Position numbers and translations under genes: made by a program. The notes under the pieces were generated by a model that saw only the letters and a program-made list of their open reading frames with translations, did not search any database and had not been told where the DNA came from. Shown here in pieces: positions 28,129 to 42,429 of a DNA stretch of 64,000 bases. This DNA is from Octopus vulgaris (lineage: Eukaryota), in assembly GCA_951406725.2 (NCBI GenBank), contig OX597818.1, positions 141,298,001-141,362,000 of the forward strand, given 5' to 3'. The first letter of the stretch is position 1. Each line of letters opens with the position of its first letter.

Positions 28129-28199
28129 ATGGCGGTGCCCCAGCATGGCCACAGTTCATGAGCTGAAACTAGAATCAATCAATCAATCAATACCAACAA

Positions 28200-28800
28200 A
28201 CTCGAAGACTGCATCTACAAAGCACTTTCCTGTATGGACTTCAGTATCAAAGCATATTCTCCAATTACTCTCACCAACCATGTGGTAAACCATTAAGCCT
28301 TATTTTTCAAGTAATTCATTACTACATATTCTCATGTGACTTAATAGGCTCAGTTTATGTTTATCATTCTACAGCCACACCAATAATCCAATGTCACCGT
28401 TTCACCTTCTGCAATATTTCAACACATCACTTTTCCGTTGCCGTCTCCTGATGTAGCCCCTTTCCGGAATGTACTCGTTTACGTACGATATCTCCATTAC
28501 ACCTACGTTCATTCGACTGTCAATCATACAATATGTAGTATTAGATGCAGCGCCGACCGCCGCACAGGAGAATGTATCTACTGACAGCTTTTCAGTGGAT
28601 TCAAAAATCACATATACCCCACCCTCAATTTTCCATGACAGCTTAGGGTTTGGAATCCTCCAAACGGACGCATGACATGTTTAGTCGAATTAGCCCATCA
28701 TTTACTCCACAAATGTTTTGTCGTCAATGCTGCAAATTTTCCGTATCGCATGTTTCAACATAACTGTATTATATACACAAACTATACCATTTCAGCCCCG
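28200..28800 (-). pseudogene. highly decayed CR1/L2-like LINE ORF2 fragment (post-RT region)
   Basis: Minus-strand fragments ENLQH..IRLNM / [35 protein letters not shown] loosely follow the LQxDL..LNxxKCxVL..NPxxxY..EKDLG..HCxxxxxKAN pattern. Confidence 0.35.
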
Positions 28801-28824
28801 AGCAATGTCGGGAATCTCTGCTAC

Positions 28825-28882
<58 letters not shown>

Positions 28883-28895
28883 TGTGTGTGTGTGT

Positions 28896-28958
<63 letters not shown>

Positions 28959-29569
28959 TGTGTGTATATATTTTAAGTTAAGCCTCATTAATTGTCCTCG
29001 AGACAAATTGCACATTAATCGCAACAGAAATTTAAAGACTGTTTTAAATTTGCTTAATGCAATTTTGACAGTATCAATAACACTACGAAAACTGCCACGT
29101 GATTTCATCTCAGTTTAGCACAAGGGTTTCTACGTATTGAATTCTTGTTATTCTGAGTGAAATTAATATGGGCAAATCGTGGTATTTCCTTCAGCCTTCA
29201 GTGAAAATCTTAATGATGGTCATTTTCCTGTTCGAGAAATGACACATTTATCAGTCTTTTCAGTATTTTTTCACGGCTACTGTGAGCATAGAAGTGGGTG
29301 AGAATATATTCTTATTTCATAGTTTTGTGTGTGTGTGAGTGTGTGTATGTGTGTATTTGTGTGCGATGGTATATAATCACCCCAGCCCCATCATATATAT
29401 ATATATATACATACACACACTTACACACATATATAGACGTAACAGAAGTAAATAGACTGACTTATAACCATTAAAATTCATTTGAATCTGAAATTATAAT
29501 TCAAATTATTTATTAATTATCATAATGTAAATATCTAATATTTCGTAGAAATGCCCTTTGCATTTTTTC

Positions 29570-30082
29570 AAGTGAAATCTTTTCATGTCAAATTCTTGAT
29601 TGCAGCGTTTCCAGACCCACACTCGACAACTGTCAGCAAATCTGGACTTTTCAGAGAATATGATAGTGTCCCGAAATGCTAGCACCTACTCCATCATTTC
29701 ACTGGCCCAATCTTTTCTCCATTTGATATTAGCTGATTGAAGTGGATTCCTTCTTGCTGTTCTGCCATAGTAGCCAAGTTACCTGACAACTCTTCTGAGA
29801 CTGGCATTAACTTGTTCTGCTGCCAGACGCCTTGCAATAAGGATTATCCTCTACACTTAGTTTAACAAAGGCAAAGGGTCCAGTCAGAGGGCCCTGGTTG
29901 ACCTCGGAAGGGTAATGTTGACTCCTTTCGCTCTCTCTTGAATTGCACAATCACCCTATTAACTGTAGAAAGCGGTATCCCAAGGTTTTCTGTGATTTTA
30001 CGCGATGTCCACATTCAGATTGATCCACAATATGACTTCTTTGAAATTTGGACAGTTACAAGGTTTCTTTTGTACGTGGCAT
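29570..30082 (-). pseudogene. Tc1-like transposase remnant (N-terminal half)
   Basis: The minus strand, with frameshifts, gives MPRTK / LSKFQRSHIV / [24 protein letters not shown] / LGYYGRTARRNPL..WRKDWA..IIFSEKSRF..RVWVWKR. The last part is a degenerate FSDESRF first-Asp motif. Confidence 0.85.
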
Positions 30083-30337
30083 GTTTAAACAGTCATATAT
30101 AGAACCTGAAGCATTAAAAAATCCCCATTAATAAAAAGTGTAAACCTTTTCAAGCAAAAATGAACATAAAACAATGTCTGTGTTGTCTATGTACTTGTGT
30201 CATGTGTATATATACACGATGTAGTGAATATAATGTCGTCTAAATTACGCAAAACTGAAAATAACACTGACATCTCATTTTAACTAATATATTTACCAAA
30301 ATTACATAAATATATCTTGAAATACGTAAGAGCAAAC

Positions 30338-30526
30338 TTATTCAATAAAATCGTCATTGGCTTCAACCATGGCCTCCAGACGACTTCGGAATCTCCCGCA
30401 ACTCTTCTGGACTGTCTCCTTGTTTAAGTTGGTGAATGCTGCTATAATCCTTGCTTTCAGTTTATCTTTGGTATTACAAGGGGTTTTGTTGGTCTCCCTC
30501 TTAACTGCGCCCCACACATAATAATC
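30338..30526 (-). pseudogene. Tc1/mariner-superfamily transposase C-terminal remnant
   Basis: Open frame DYYVWGAVKRETNKTPCNTKDKLKARIIAAFTNLNKETVQKSCGRFRSRLEAMVEANDDFIE*, the region after the SPDLNPLD motif. Confidence 0.85.
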
Positions 30527-31077
30527 ATATAAGAATCAAGTTGTTCGCCACCCAGTCCCGTCTTTGCCCACCTGATTTCACCGAAACAGGATTTTGGTGT
30601 CACTTTCATCTCATCTATCGAATCACCAAAGTCCTCATACTTTTAGACAACTTTTACCCTTCTACTACCCACTGTTCCATTTCTTTCAGAAAACTTAATA
30701 TTTGTCTTACTTGATACGAAAATATATGCGCAGCCATCTACGGAATAAATAAGATTGCTATAGTATTTGCAACAGCAACATCAATTGTAGACGATGCTTT
30801 AAAACAATAACATTAGCAAAAGCAAATGATAAGCATTCAATGCAATCTATATAAAACCTATCACGAATGCTATAAGACGACAGTTGTTCCTTGAAGATCA
30901 CAGCACAAGTCACAGAAAAACGAATTGAGTTTATACAAATAATATACTGTAGACCACTTTTCTCAATCGTTCACAATACATTTTCACACTTACAGTGACA
31001 GTCACATACACCTATATTCATTTATGTATATATGAATGCATACATGTATAATACTGGTTATATATATACATACATAC

Positions 31078-31108
<31 letters not shown>

Positions 31109-31566
31109 CATATACATAAGCATTTACACACATACATACATACATACATATATATATTGATTTCTACCATATTTTCTTTAGCCTCTAAACTTTTAACACT
31201 CAATAGCTTAGTAAGACATTTTTATCACCTCGATGTAAATTAATGCCAAAATATCTCCAAAATATATAACCACACAGCTAGAGACAAGTAAACAGAACAC
31301 TTATGACAAGATACAAATTTTTATAGAAATTAAATTAACGTTATCAATTGATTTTTATCGCACACGTGGCTAAATACAGGTTGTGAATTATTTGCGTATC
31401 CACAAAACAAAATAACAGAAAACGCTCAGTTGTTTTTTCCTATGCTGAAATGACTTAATTTAAACATAACATTAAATGGTATGTTGTGACTTTCATGCTT
31501 ATTCATTTTTGTTATTGTTGCATTTTTTTCATTGTGAACTATCTTAAAAAAAATAAAATATTGTTA

Positions 31567-31783
31567 TATATTTAAGAGATGAGAAATTATGTACATTATT
31601 TACATTATTTATATTATTTACATCAGACGGATATTTGTCCTCATCTTGTTGTTAACACAACGTTTCGGCTGATATACACTCCAGCCTTCATCAGGTGTCT
31701 TGGAGGAAATTTCGAACCTTGGTTCTCATTCCTAAGGTAGTTTTCGATGTTGTTGTTGTTATTATTATTATTATTATTATTAT

Positions 31784-31836
<53 letters not shown>

Positions 31837-31900
31837 TTCAGGAAACTGCCTGGAATCGAACTCGGAATCTCTGGGTTAGTAACCCACGCTCTTAACCACT
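31567..31900 (-). mobile_element. family D tRNA-headed element with intact minimal hammerhead core
   Basis: Colinear with 5080-5366. The head lies at 31838-31900, followed by an (ACT)n(AAT)n spacer and the hammerhead motif at 31654-31699. Confidence 0.8.
31654..31699 (-). ncRNA. putative minimal (Penelope-type) hammerhead ribozyme
   Basis: Minus strand reads GACAC-CTGATGA-A-GGCTG(gagtgtatat)CAGCC-GAAACGTT^GTGTT. Helix III is reduced to the palindrome AACGTT. Confidence 0.65.
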
Positions 31901-32107
31901 TTATTACAACTCATTCATTATATTTTGAGTTCAAATCCCGTGACATTTGACTTTGAATTTTACCCGTTCGAGATGGATAAAATAAAGTACAAGTCAAGCG
32001 TTTTATATCAATTGAATCGACTTAAGCCTTCACCTAAAATCTTTGGTGTTATTCCTTTCTAAGGAATCCCTGACGCAACTATTACCATGCGTTATATCAA
32101 TCATTTG

Positions 32108-32325
32108 TGAAGGCATGTGGTTCAATAATTAGTGTATTGGACCCATGCTCATGTGAATATGGTTACGATTCCTGGACCGGGCCATGCGTTTAGCCCTCCC
32201 TGAGTACTTCATCTCAATTTGCTCCAATTCACTCAGCTGGCAAAAATGAGTAATCTTGCGATGGACCGGCGTCCGGTCTGGTAGGGTGTATATACGCCAC
32301 AGAACCCGGAAAACCAGCCCCATGC
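32108..32325 (+). mobile_element. degenerate tRNA-derived SINE (family E)
   Basis: The head GTGAAGGCATGTGG...GGTTACGATTCC is followed by TTGCTCCAATTCACTCAGCTGGCAAAAATGAGTA and GCGATGGACCGGCGTCCGGTCTGG. The 5' half is shared with 49830-50141. Confidence 0.6.
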
Positions 32326-32444
32326 GTTTTATATGAGACGAAGAGAAACATTATCCTATCCATAATATCCATTCCGTCTGTTTGCTTTACCCCGGGTCAG
32401 TAAAAGAAAGTATCAGTGAAGTATTGCAAATGTTATTGTCAGTT

Positions 32445-32831
32445 ATTCTTTTCTTTCATTTGTTTCAGTCATTTGACTGCGGCCATGCAGGAGCACCGCC
32501 TTTAGTCGAACAAATCAACAGCAGGACATATCCTTTGGAAGCCTAATACTTATTCTGTCGGTCTCTTTTGCCGAACCGCTAGGTTACGGGGGCGTAAACA
32601 CACTAGCATCAGTTGTTAAACGATGGTAGGAGGGGGGACGAACACATACACACAAACGTATACGGGCTTCTTTCGGTTTCCGTCTACCAAATCCACTCAC
32701 GAGGCTGTGGTCGGCCCTAGGCTATAGGACAAAAGACTTGCCCAAGGTGCCACGCAGTGGAACTGAACTCGGAACCATGTGGTTGGGAAGCAGGTTGTTC
32801 AATTTTCATAAATAGACAGCCCTGTACCTAT
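32445..32831 (-). mobile_element. SINE family C
   Basis: Colinear with 16124-16509 and 40365-40775. Confidence 0.9.
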
Positions 32832-33861
32832 GTAATAAAACAAGATTATAACTATTATCGAGGTCTGCTTGCGCAGAATCGATATAACAGAGACAAAGCA
32901 ACGTAGTGTAGATACTTATGCCTCTTTCCGTTCGTATTTGTACTCTCGCCAACTTTGATTTTCCGTTCATCTACCTCGGTTTCTTGAAATAGGCACTAGG
33001 TGAGTCCTGACATCGATCAAGTCTCATGTATACCTTCTATAAGCGCAGTACCTTATGCCAATACTAATTTTATTATTACAACCTCCTCTAGATTCGTACC
33101 AAAGCCACATTTATCCCATGATTCAAGCAAATTCAAGAGGACGGTTATATGCACATGCTATGACTAAATTGTAACTGACATATTGCTTGGCAACACAACT
33201 TATTTCGGTGAATATTTCCACCATTACAACAACTGATGTCGACACCATATTGTTTCGCTCTCCTTGCTGCGAATATAATAGATTTTTACTTCGCCAACAA
33301 TAAATTATCCACTGTTACTAACGCACAGGAACATACAAACGTTAACAAACTGAGCGACAGATGCACACACTAATATACACATATATACTAATGCAACGGT
33401 TTATGATAAAGAGTAAGAATTATTAAATTATACATAATTGATTGATTTGCCTGTGAGGAATGAAGTGTTATTGCGTTAGTGTATATTCCTCTATGTGTGC
33501 GCGTGTAGTGTATGAATATATGTGTGTGATCTTATGTGTGTGTGTCTGTGGTGTTTGATCGAGTGTATGTGTGTGTGTGATTGTATGTATGAGGGGATGT
33601 GTATTAATATGTTAATGTTAAGAGGGATGTTAGTATTGGAGTCCGCTTACATGTAGAGGTCGTACAGCGTAGAAACAATTTCATTATAGAACTATATGTG
33701 GCGTGTGTGTGTGTGTGGCATGAATATATCTATCTATCTACCTATCTATCTACGTATATATTTACATAGATGATAGATAGATATAGACATATATAGATAA
33801 AAATATATCGATATATTGTATATACATGTATATAGAGACAGGCATACGCTAATTTATGTCA

Positions 33862-33900
<39 letters not shown>

Positions 33901-33944
33901 TAGATATAGATATAGATATATATGCTCATATTTATATATATATC

Positions 33945-33976
<32 letters not shown>

Positions 33977-35556
33977 TGTGTGTGTGCGTGTGTGTATAAG
34001 TGTTTATATATACGTATAGACAGAGAGACAGAACCAGACAGATAGATAGGTAGGTAGGTAGATAGATTGATAGCTAGATATGCAAGCATGCACATATATG
34101 TATGTAAATGAAAAACTGAAATACCGGGGCACCCAATGTAGTTTTATGGAAATACGGATATCCAAAAATACAATTACTGGAAAATAACAGCCAAGAGATA
34201 ACTTTGAAGAATAATAATACAATGGTGCATAGACTACAGGAATAATATAATTCCATCTTCTATAGGTGGAAATATCTTAAGAAATAATATTTTGCTAATT
34301 TTGAGAAAAATATACGTTCCTAGCTTCAAGATTGGCTAAATTGTACATGTTAAAGAACTTTTCACTTGTTTCCCGCGCCATTTGGAACGACTGAAGTTTT
34401 CCTAAGTTTCAAACTCTCTCATACTCCTCTTGAGTTTTGGTTTCATCGCAGTAGGTGTGTAAAGTCTTGGGAATTTTGAATTCTGCTGTACTATACATTC
34501 AAGGTGTATGTAGATGTATATAGTTATCTGTGTGCGCGAGCATGTGTGTGTATGCGCACAGATATATTTATAGCCAATGACTTGTCAGAATACACCTTGA
34601 ATGTAGAGGACAGCAGAATTAAGTACAGAATTCCATGAACAAAAGTTTGACTAAAATGTTTTGTAGATTAACTGAATGAAAAATATAAATAGAATTCATT
34701 TATAGTATTCCGGAACATAGACTGTTTCTGGAAACTGGTTCAATCTAGAAAAATCGTCAGCTAGTTCAGAAACAACCCGAAGAAATTCAAATTTCCTAAG
34801 ACTTTACACGTCCATGGCTGTGAACTCAAAAGTCATGAGGAGTAAGACAAAGCTAGAAACTTCGTAAACACTATATATACATTTAAGTAAATATCATGTA
34901 TATACATCATTAACCGTATTCGGAAGATATTTTGAGCAATGTGAACCACGGTTTGTGAAGCTTGGATCTCGTTTCTATGGCTGTCTCAGTGCCAATATTT
35001 GTTACTCTTATAAATAGAGAATTATGAAGTGCCTATATGTTTCAGTAACTTGATATGACTTATTTCACCATATCTAGTTTATTGGGTCATATGATTTATT
35101 TTAATTTTTCCTTCATTGAATACCCATATTACTTTACCATCCTATAACCTTGATTATAAATACAATATTGACTCCATCGTAAATTCCTTTCAAAACAATA
35201 TTTGAAATCGATACAAAAAAACTATCAGTAGCCTTATCTTTAATTACTGTTGCCCTTCTTTTGAAAATATTGTCTTCCTGTTGAATATTCATGAGTTATA
35301 TTAATTATATATGTTTTTATATCAATTAATCTTGCGAATTTTTAAAAACAAAATGGTTGAGTGTGAATTTGTGAGACAATAAGTTGAGTGGTCGAGACAA
35401 TTTTATCTGACCCATATTCTGTTTCGTTTGAACTGAAGACGAGTCTCGACGGCAGAATTCATACAGCTCTATGTATGAACGGTTGGGGTTGGTAAATAGA
35501 GTATGTTCGTGAATGGGTAGCTGATACATCGTGATGGGTCATTACTTATGATGCTT

Positions 35557-35962
35557 AAAGTGGCGAACTGGCAGAAACTTTAGTACGCCGAGCGAAATGT
35601 TTAGCGGTATTTCGTCTGCCGCAACGTTCCGAGTTCAAATTCCGCCGCGGTCGACTTTGCCTTTCATCCTTTCAGAGTCGATTAAATAAATAAGTACCAG
35701 TTACGCACTGGGGTCGATATAATCGATTTAATCCATTTGTTTGTCCTTATTTGTCTCTTTCTGTGTTTAGCCCCTTGTGGGTAGTAAAGAAATAGGTATT
35801 TCGTCTGTCTTTGCGTTCTGAGTTCAAATTCTGCCAAGTTGCACTTTGCCTTTCATCATTTGGGGGTCGATAAATTAAGTAACAGTTGCGTACTGGGGTC
35901 GATCTAATCGACTGGACTCCTCCCCCAAAAAATTCGGGCTTTGTGCCTAGAGTAGAAAAGAT
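35557..35962 (+). mobile_element. SINE-like family B, dimeric form
   Basis: A head is followed by two tandem GGTATTTCGTCTG...GAGTTCAAATT...CTGGGGTCGAT units. Confidence 0.85.
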
Positions 35963-36670
35963 TATTTATGATACCTAATAAATTTCTTAATACAGTCCAA
36001 TAATGCAATACGTGAGAAGATATATATAACTCCTTCACTTAACATATGTTTGATATATATATGTCAGCTAACCAAATATGGGGAAACTTCGCATGCAGTA
36101 TTTGCAATGTTTCTTCGAGTAAAATAGTGATGTCAAGCGTTAGTAACGTGAATAAAATTATTAGAGCAAAATCATACTATTGTGCTTTGCCAACACCAAC
36201 ACTGTCAGACAAATCAGACAAGTAAGTTAGACACTGAATAATATAGGAGTTATATTAATAATTATTATTAATTTAATGTGAAAAGAAACAGAGAGTAACC
36301 GACACCTAATGAAATAGTAATAAACTTTGAAACTAGTCAGGTCGGTCTATTTTCTGGGCATATGGAAAAATTATATCGTCCATCCAAGTCGGCAAGATTA
36401 AAATGAAGCTATATATGTTTCGCGGTTAAACACATATGGCTGCGTACATTCTTGAAACCATATATACAAACACATACATGCACGAATTACACACACGTGC
36501 ACACACGCACGCACACACACAAGCATGTCAGTATATATATATACATATATATATGTCTATATATAGACCTCGATTCAATTTAGGCGACTCGCTGACGAAG
36601 CCAGCCTTAGCAAACATATTCTGTGTTTTGCTAGAAAGAAGCAGAAACCGTGCGGTTCGAGTTGTTAAAG

Positions 36671-36714
<44 letters not shown>

Positions 36715-36829
36715 ACTTATGTATGCATTTATAGATCGCTAAAATAAAATTTTGGTTTATATGTCATGTTCTCTTTTCAAGCATTACAAACAGCAAATAT
36801 GTATACACATCTATATGAAAATCATGTGC

Positions 36830-36888
<59 letters not shown>

Positions 36889-37516
36889 GTGTGTATGTAT
36901 ATATGTATGTATATACATATATATATATATATAAATCTACGTGTGGGTGCGCTCATGGGTGTCAGTGAGTGGGTTTGTGTGGTTTTTGTCTGTCTGTCTG
37001 TGTAAATTGATAAATGCTTTACAACCACATATGCCCTAAGGAAAATTTCAAATGATAACTACCGCATACAACAAACGTGTTTCACAAGAGAGATTACGCT
37101 TTCAACTTATATGACTCTGTATTATTGTTATACGTATGCTTTCAGTCAGATTATGTATATATGAGGCTGTATACTAATATACAGACAATAAACTATCTGG
37201 GGGTCTAGATTTTATCAACTTTTTCTCTTTAAAGAATATATATTCAAGATGTTTTCAGAGTAAATGTACAAATATTTTCTTTTAATGGTGTAATTAAATT
37301 ATATGGTCTACAGCAGATTACATAATGGTATTCAATCAAACATTGTTATAATCATAGTCACACATGCAAACTTACACACATACACACATGACTGTAATAT
37401 ATAAATGTGGGTGTTTATGTATACTATAAGTATATAATGTCTATCTATAAATATATATACATTTATATATATATATATATATATGTGTGTGTATAAATTT
37501 ATATATACATATGTAT

Positions 37517-37744
37517 AGGCGGCGAGCTGGCAGACACGTTAGCGTTTCCGGGCGAAATGCTTAGCGGTATTTCGTCTGTCGTTATGTTCTGAGTTCAAAT
37601 TACGCGGGGGTCAACTTTGCCTTTCATCCTTCCGGGGTTAATAAATAAAGTACCACTTTCGCACTGGGGGCGATATAATCGACTCAATCCCTTCGTCTGT
37701 CCTTGTTTGTCCCCTCGATGTTTAGCTCCTTGTGGGCAGTAAAG

Positions 37745-37748
<4 letters not shown>
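37517..37748 (+). mobile_element. SINE-like family B
   Basis: Colinear with 15056-15287. Confidence 0.85.
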
Positions 37749-37808
<60 letters not shown>

Positions 37809-38027
37809 GGTGGCCCAAAGTAGGTTTACAGTTATCACGTAGGCACTTTAAATTTCTTTTAAACATTTCGTTACATTTTAATTTCTATCTTGCAAACTGA
37901 AAAGGGAACTAAACTGGCACAGAATGATGGTTTCATATTTTTAATCAGAAAGTGATAGTTGAATAACTGTAGACCTACTTCTGGTCACTCTGTGCATATG
38001 CATGTATATGTATATATATTATATTAT

Positions 38028-38105
<78 letters not shown>

Positions 38106-38330
38106 TATATATATATACACATATATGTATATATATATATATATAAACACACACACATATTAAATGTAGATAGATGAAAGAGAAAGGTTGTTCAATACAT
38201 AAGATATTAGCGTATACATACAGATACATACATATATATATATATATATATAGCACCAGGTGGTGCTATTAAGTTAGACATGGCCTGGGCCAATAATGGG
38301 CGAAACCTATCAAAGTATATATATATATAT

Positions 38331-38395
<65 letters not shown>

Positions 38396-38488
38396 AAGGG
38401 GCTTCTACAGGACTAGAACTGTTTCATTCAAAAGAAATCATCATTGAGTACCTTATTTACTGTGGTTAACCCCGACTCAACCAGGGAC

Positions 38489-38519
<31 letters not shown>

Positions 38520-39103
38520 AAATATACGTTTGTGAAGTATTTGTTGATTCTCCACGTCCCTAGTGATGATGTACAACACAACGTTTGCAGTCATTACCAC
38601 TGCGTAGCGGCGTGTGGACAGTTCTCATTCGCCCAATGATATATTTGTGTGTTTGCGTGTAAATATATATATATATATATATATATACACATTTTTTTAT
38701 ATGTATGTATGTATATATGTATGTATGTATGTATGTATGCATGCGTGTATAATTTAGGACAAACAGTAACTTGTCATTATAGTACTCGGAGCTTTGAATG
38801 TCGGCGTGAAGCGGTACGATGCATTCTCGTCGACCACTGGGGCAATAGAAGCCATGAAACACAATTGAATAAAAGAAAAATTAGTCTAATAGGTTGAAGA
38901 AAAAGAAAAATAGAAAAACGATAAAAAATACACGTGATCCTATTCTCAAAATACATAGACGTAAAACCTCCTGCGTTCATAACATTTACATACGTACATA
39001 CTCACACAAACATGTATACATACATGCACTTACATACACAAACATATATGTGTATGTATGTACTCATCCATACATACATATCCACACACACGCACACACA
39101 CAC

Positions 39104-39161
<58 letters not shown>

Positions 39162-40109
39162 ATATACACGCAACTTCATCCTTATATACACATAGGTGCC
39201 TGCATACATATATATTAAGATATTTACACGTATATATATATACATATACATATACATATACATATGTGTTTATAACTGCTTGCATCAATGTATATCAAAA
39301 CATTGTTTTGAGAATCGGGTATCATCGATTTATCGACATAAACTTTCAACATTAATAACATATATTATCTCTACTTTACTATGAATATTGTGTCTTCTCT
39401 CCAGCGTATGTTTTGTATGTTTCGGGCCTCATCAGGCAATATTTTGATAATTGAAGCATGCAAACCAATTTAAAAAATTAATATTATATTACATCATAGC
39501 TTGTTGATAAATATTCTGAAGAACGGTGATATCTAATCTAGACTTTGTTCTTATCTGTTTTATCTAATCTAGAACATAGAAAGCAAGCCAAGATTTGAAC
39601 TCAGAATTTATTTAGACAGAAACTCTAAGATGACATGAAATTTAACTGATGAATTACGGCGCCTGAATCGCAGTCGTTACCGTTCTATAAAGATTACTTA
39701 ATGTAGAATACGAACACATATAGACGAAGGGATTAAAAAGTAGCACCCATTTTCAGGGAAGTCATGCCTTTCTTTGTTGTTCTGTAGGTTATTACTGACA
39801 ATTCTGAAAGATATTAAATCTGAATCATATCTGATGTTGTTAATACTCTTTGGTATCCCAAACCCGGAAGACAAGAATAAAGAGTCAATCGGGAAGTCTA
39901 CGTGTAAACCCTAATAGAGGAATAGGGTGCTACTTCCGTGTGTGTGTGTGTGTGTACGTATATATATATATATATATAAAATTTAAAGGACTGACCTTAA
40001 TCTTCGGATTTTTGTATGTAAAAATATTTTAATCTTCGGATTTTTTAAATATACTAGGCCACTGGTTTTAATTGATTAATATCAATTTCTACCCTTATTA
40101 AATTTTAAA

Positions 40110-40165
<56 letters not shown>

Positions 40166-40172
40166 AATGTAT

Positions 40173-40258
<86 letters not shown>

Positions 40259-40364
40259 GTATGTATATATGTATGTGTGTATGTATGTATGTATGTACGT
40301 ATGTATGTATGTATACATATATATTCGGATATTTTGTCAGAAGTATTTTCATAATATAAACATT

Positions 40365-40529
40365 ATAGTCGCAGGAGTGTCTGTGTTGTAAGGAACTTGG
40401 TTCCCAACCTCACGATTCCGGGTTCAGTTCCACTGTGTGGCATCTTCAGCAAGTGTCTTCTACTATAGCCTCACGCCGACCAAGGCCTTGTGAATGGATT
40501 TGGTAGACGGAAACTGAAATAAGCCCGTC

Positions 40530-40569
<40 letters not shown>

Positions 40570-40775
40570 TCGTGTGTCTGTGTTTGTTCCCCACGCCTTC
40601 ACTTGATACCGATGTTGGCGTGTTTACCTCCCTGTAGCCTGGCGGTTGCGGCAAAAGAGACCGATAGAATAAGTACTTGGATCCCAAAGTATAAGTCCTG
40701 GGGTCGATCTGCTTGACTAAAGGCGGTGCTCCATCATGGCCGCAAACAAATGACTGAAAGATGTAAAAGAATAAC
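40365..40775 (+). mobile_element. SINE family C (full length)
   Basis: A tRNA-like head with GGGTTCAGTTCC is followed by an internal (TA)n and the tail GGCGGTGCTCCATCATGGCCGCA...TGACTGAAAG. Confidence 0.9.
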
Positions 40776-41911
40776 AGAATTATCATTCCCATACTTAATT
40801 TGTTTCTTGTTGAATGCTTGTAATTGGTATTCTAGTTCACACCAGTGCCATTTCGATTTGCCTAAATTTAAAGTACCCAAGTACCAGTTTGAGAGCACAT
40901 TAGACGAAATATCCCAACTACCGGCATTTTAACAATACATGTACTTAAAAGTGAGTTATACTGATAATGTATACATATACGTGTGTGCGCGTGATCGTGT
41001 ATGTCTGTCTGTGTCCGTGTGTGTCTGTGCCTGAGTGTGCGCGCGTATGTGAAATGATTATTGTGATACGTTGTGATATGTATGACTATCGTGTGAGCAT
41101 ATGCATCAAAAATGCAAACACACACAGATATATATATGTGTGTGTATGTGTACACACACACACACACACATACACATATGTATAATAGTAAACCATCATG
41201 TGAGTTAGTAAATGTTACTATTGCTCAGGTCCGAAGAGACACTTTGGCACCTGAGCTAAAAAAGCAACGGCGTTGAAAATTATATTCGAACGACGCCGTA
41301 CAGACGCATATGGTTATTTCGCGCCAAAGTTCATGCACGTATGCCGACATATAAGCAGGGACTAACACTTACTATATATATATATATATATATAGGGAAA
41401 GAGATATAGGCATGTAAGTATTATTTGTCTCTGAGAGTGTTTATATATGCATGCACATGAATGATGTATATATTAAATACATATAATTAACTTGTGAATC
41501 ATATACAATGTTATTTTTTAATATCATCTATCCATCTTTGTATGTTTTGTTTTTTTATGTGGGCATATGTATGAATCTGTATTTGTATGTATGTTTAAGT
41601 ATGCGTTTGTGTACTTGTACGTTTTTCCATACTTGTGCGCGTTAGTGGTTCGTGGATAAATCATCATGATAAATTCTACGTAATAAAATAAAGAAAACTG
41701 CAAAACCCTTTAACAATATATTCAATGATAATTAATTATCCGATACTTACAGCCAATCATATAGACAATCTAACAGATGTGTACATCAGCATCTATGTTA
41801 AGTTATGCTCATCGCACTCGCGTGTTCGTATGTTGCATAAAGATGTGTTTCTGTGCATATATATATATATATACATCCACACACTCACACATACGCGCAC
41901 GCACACGCACA

Positions 41912-41951
<40 letters not shown>

Positions 41952-42027
41952 GCTATATATTTCTTTGCATTTGTGTATACTTGATAATAGTCATACATAT
42001 TTTTATATGTATTTATATTGGCAATCG

Positions 42028-42429
42028 GAAACCGTTTTCAATGGTTTTTTCTTCTTATGAGGCTGACAGAGGTAGCTAAGTTTAACCCTAGGCGTTAAGA
42101 GTCCCTGATGAGGATTAGAATAGTCTACATCAAAATCCGAAATCGCTATCCGGCTAGGCACGCTGGGGACTTACCTCCCTTTGTCAGTCACTTAAGACAG
42201 TACGTTTGTGCCTTTGTGACCTATTAATTTTGCCTTTAGGTTCTCATTGCTAATACGCCCCCCTTTATTAATTTGTCGCTTCGACTTTTACCGTTTTGGA
42301 AATCAGCACACGTTTTCAATGGTTTTTCTTATAAGAGTGACAGAGGTAGCAAAGTTTAACACTAGGAGTTAAGAGTCACTGATGAGGATTAAGATACTCT
42401 ACATCAAAATCCGAAATCGCATTGCGTCT

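Noticed and set aside
28402-28680. Ig-like reading of [18 protein letters not shown]
   Set aside because: An in-frame stop lies immediately upstream and there is no clear splice context. A decayed LINE ORF2 explains it at least as well.
37806-37832. CAGGGTGGCCCAAAGTAGG Tc1/mariner-like TIR stub after TA
   Set aside because: No partner TIR or coding remnant was found, and it is too short to call an element.
39644-39685. Isolated CTGATGA (also 18999 and 50814)
   Set aside because: No stem II followed by GAAA, so these are chance heptamers.
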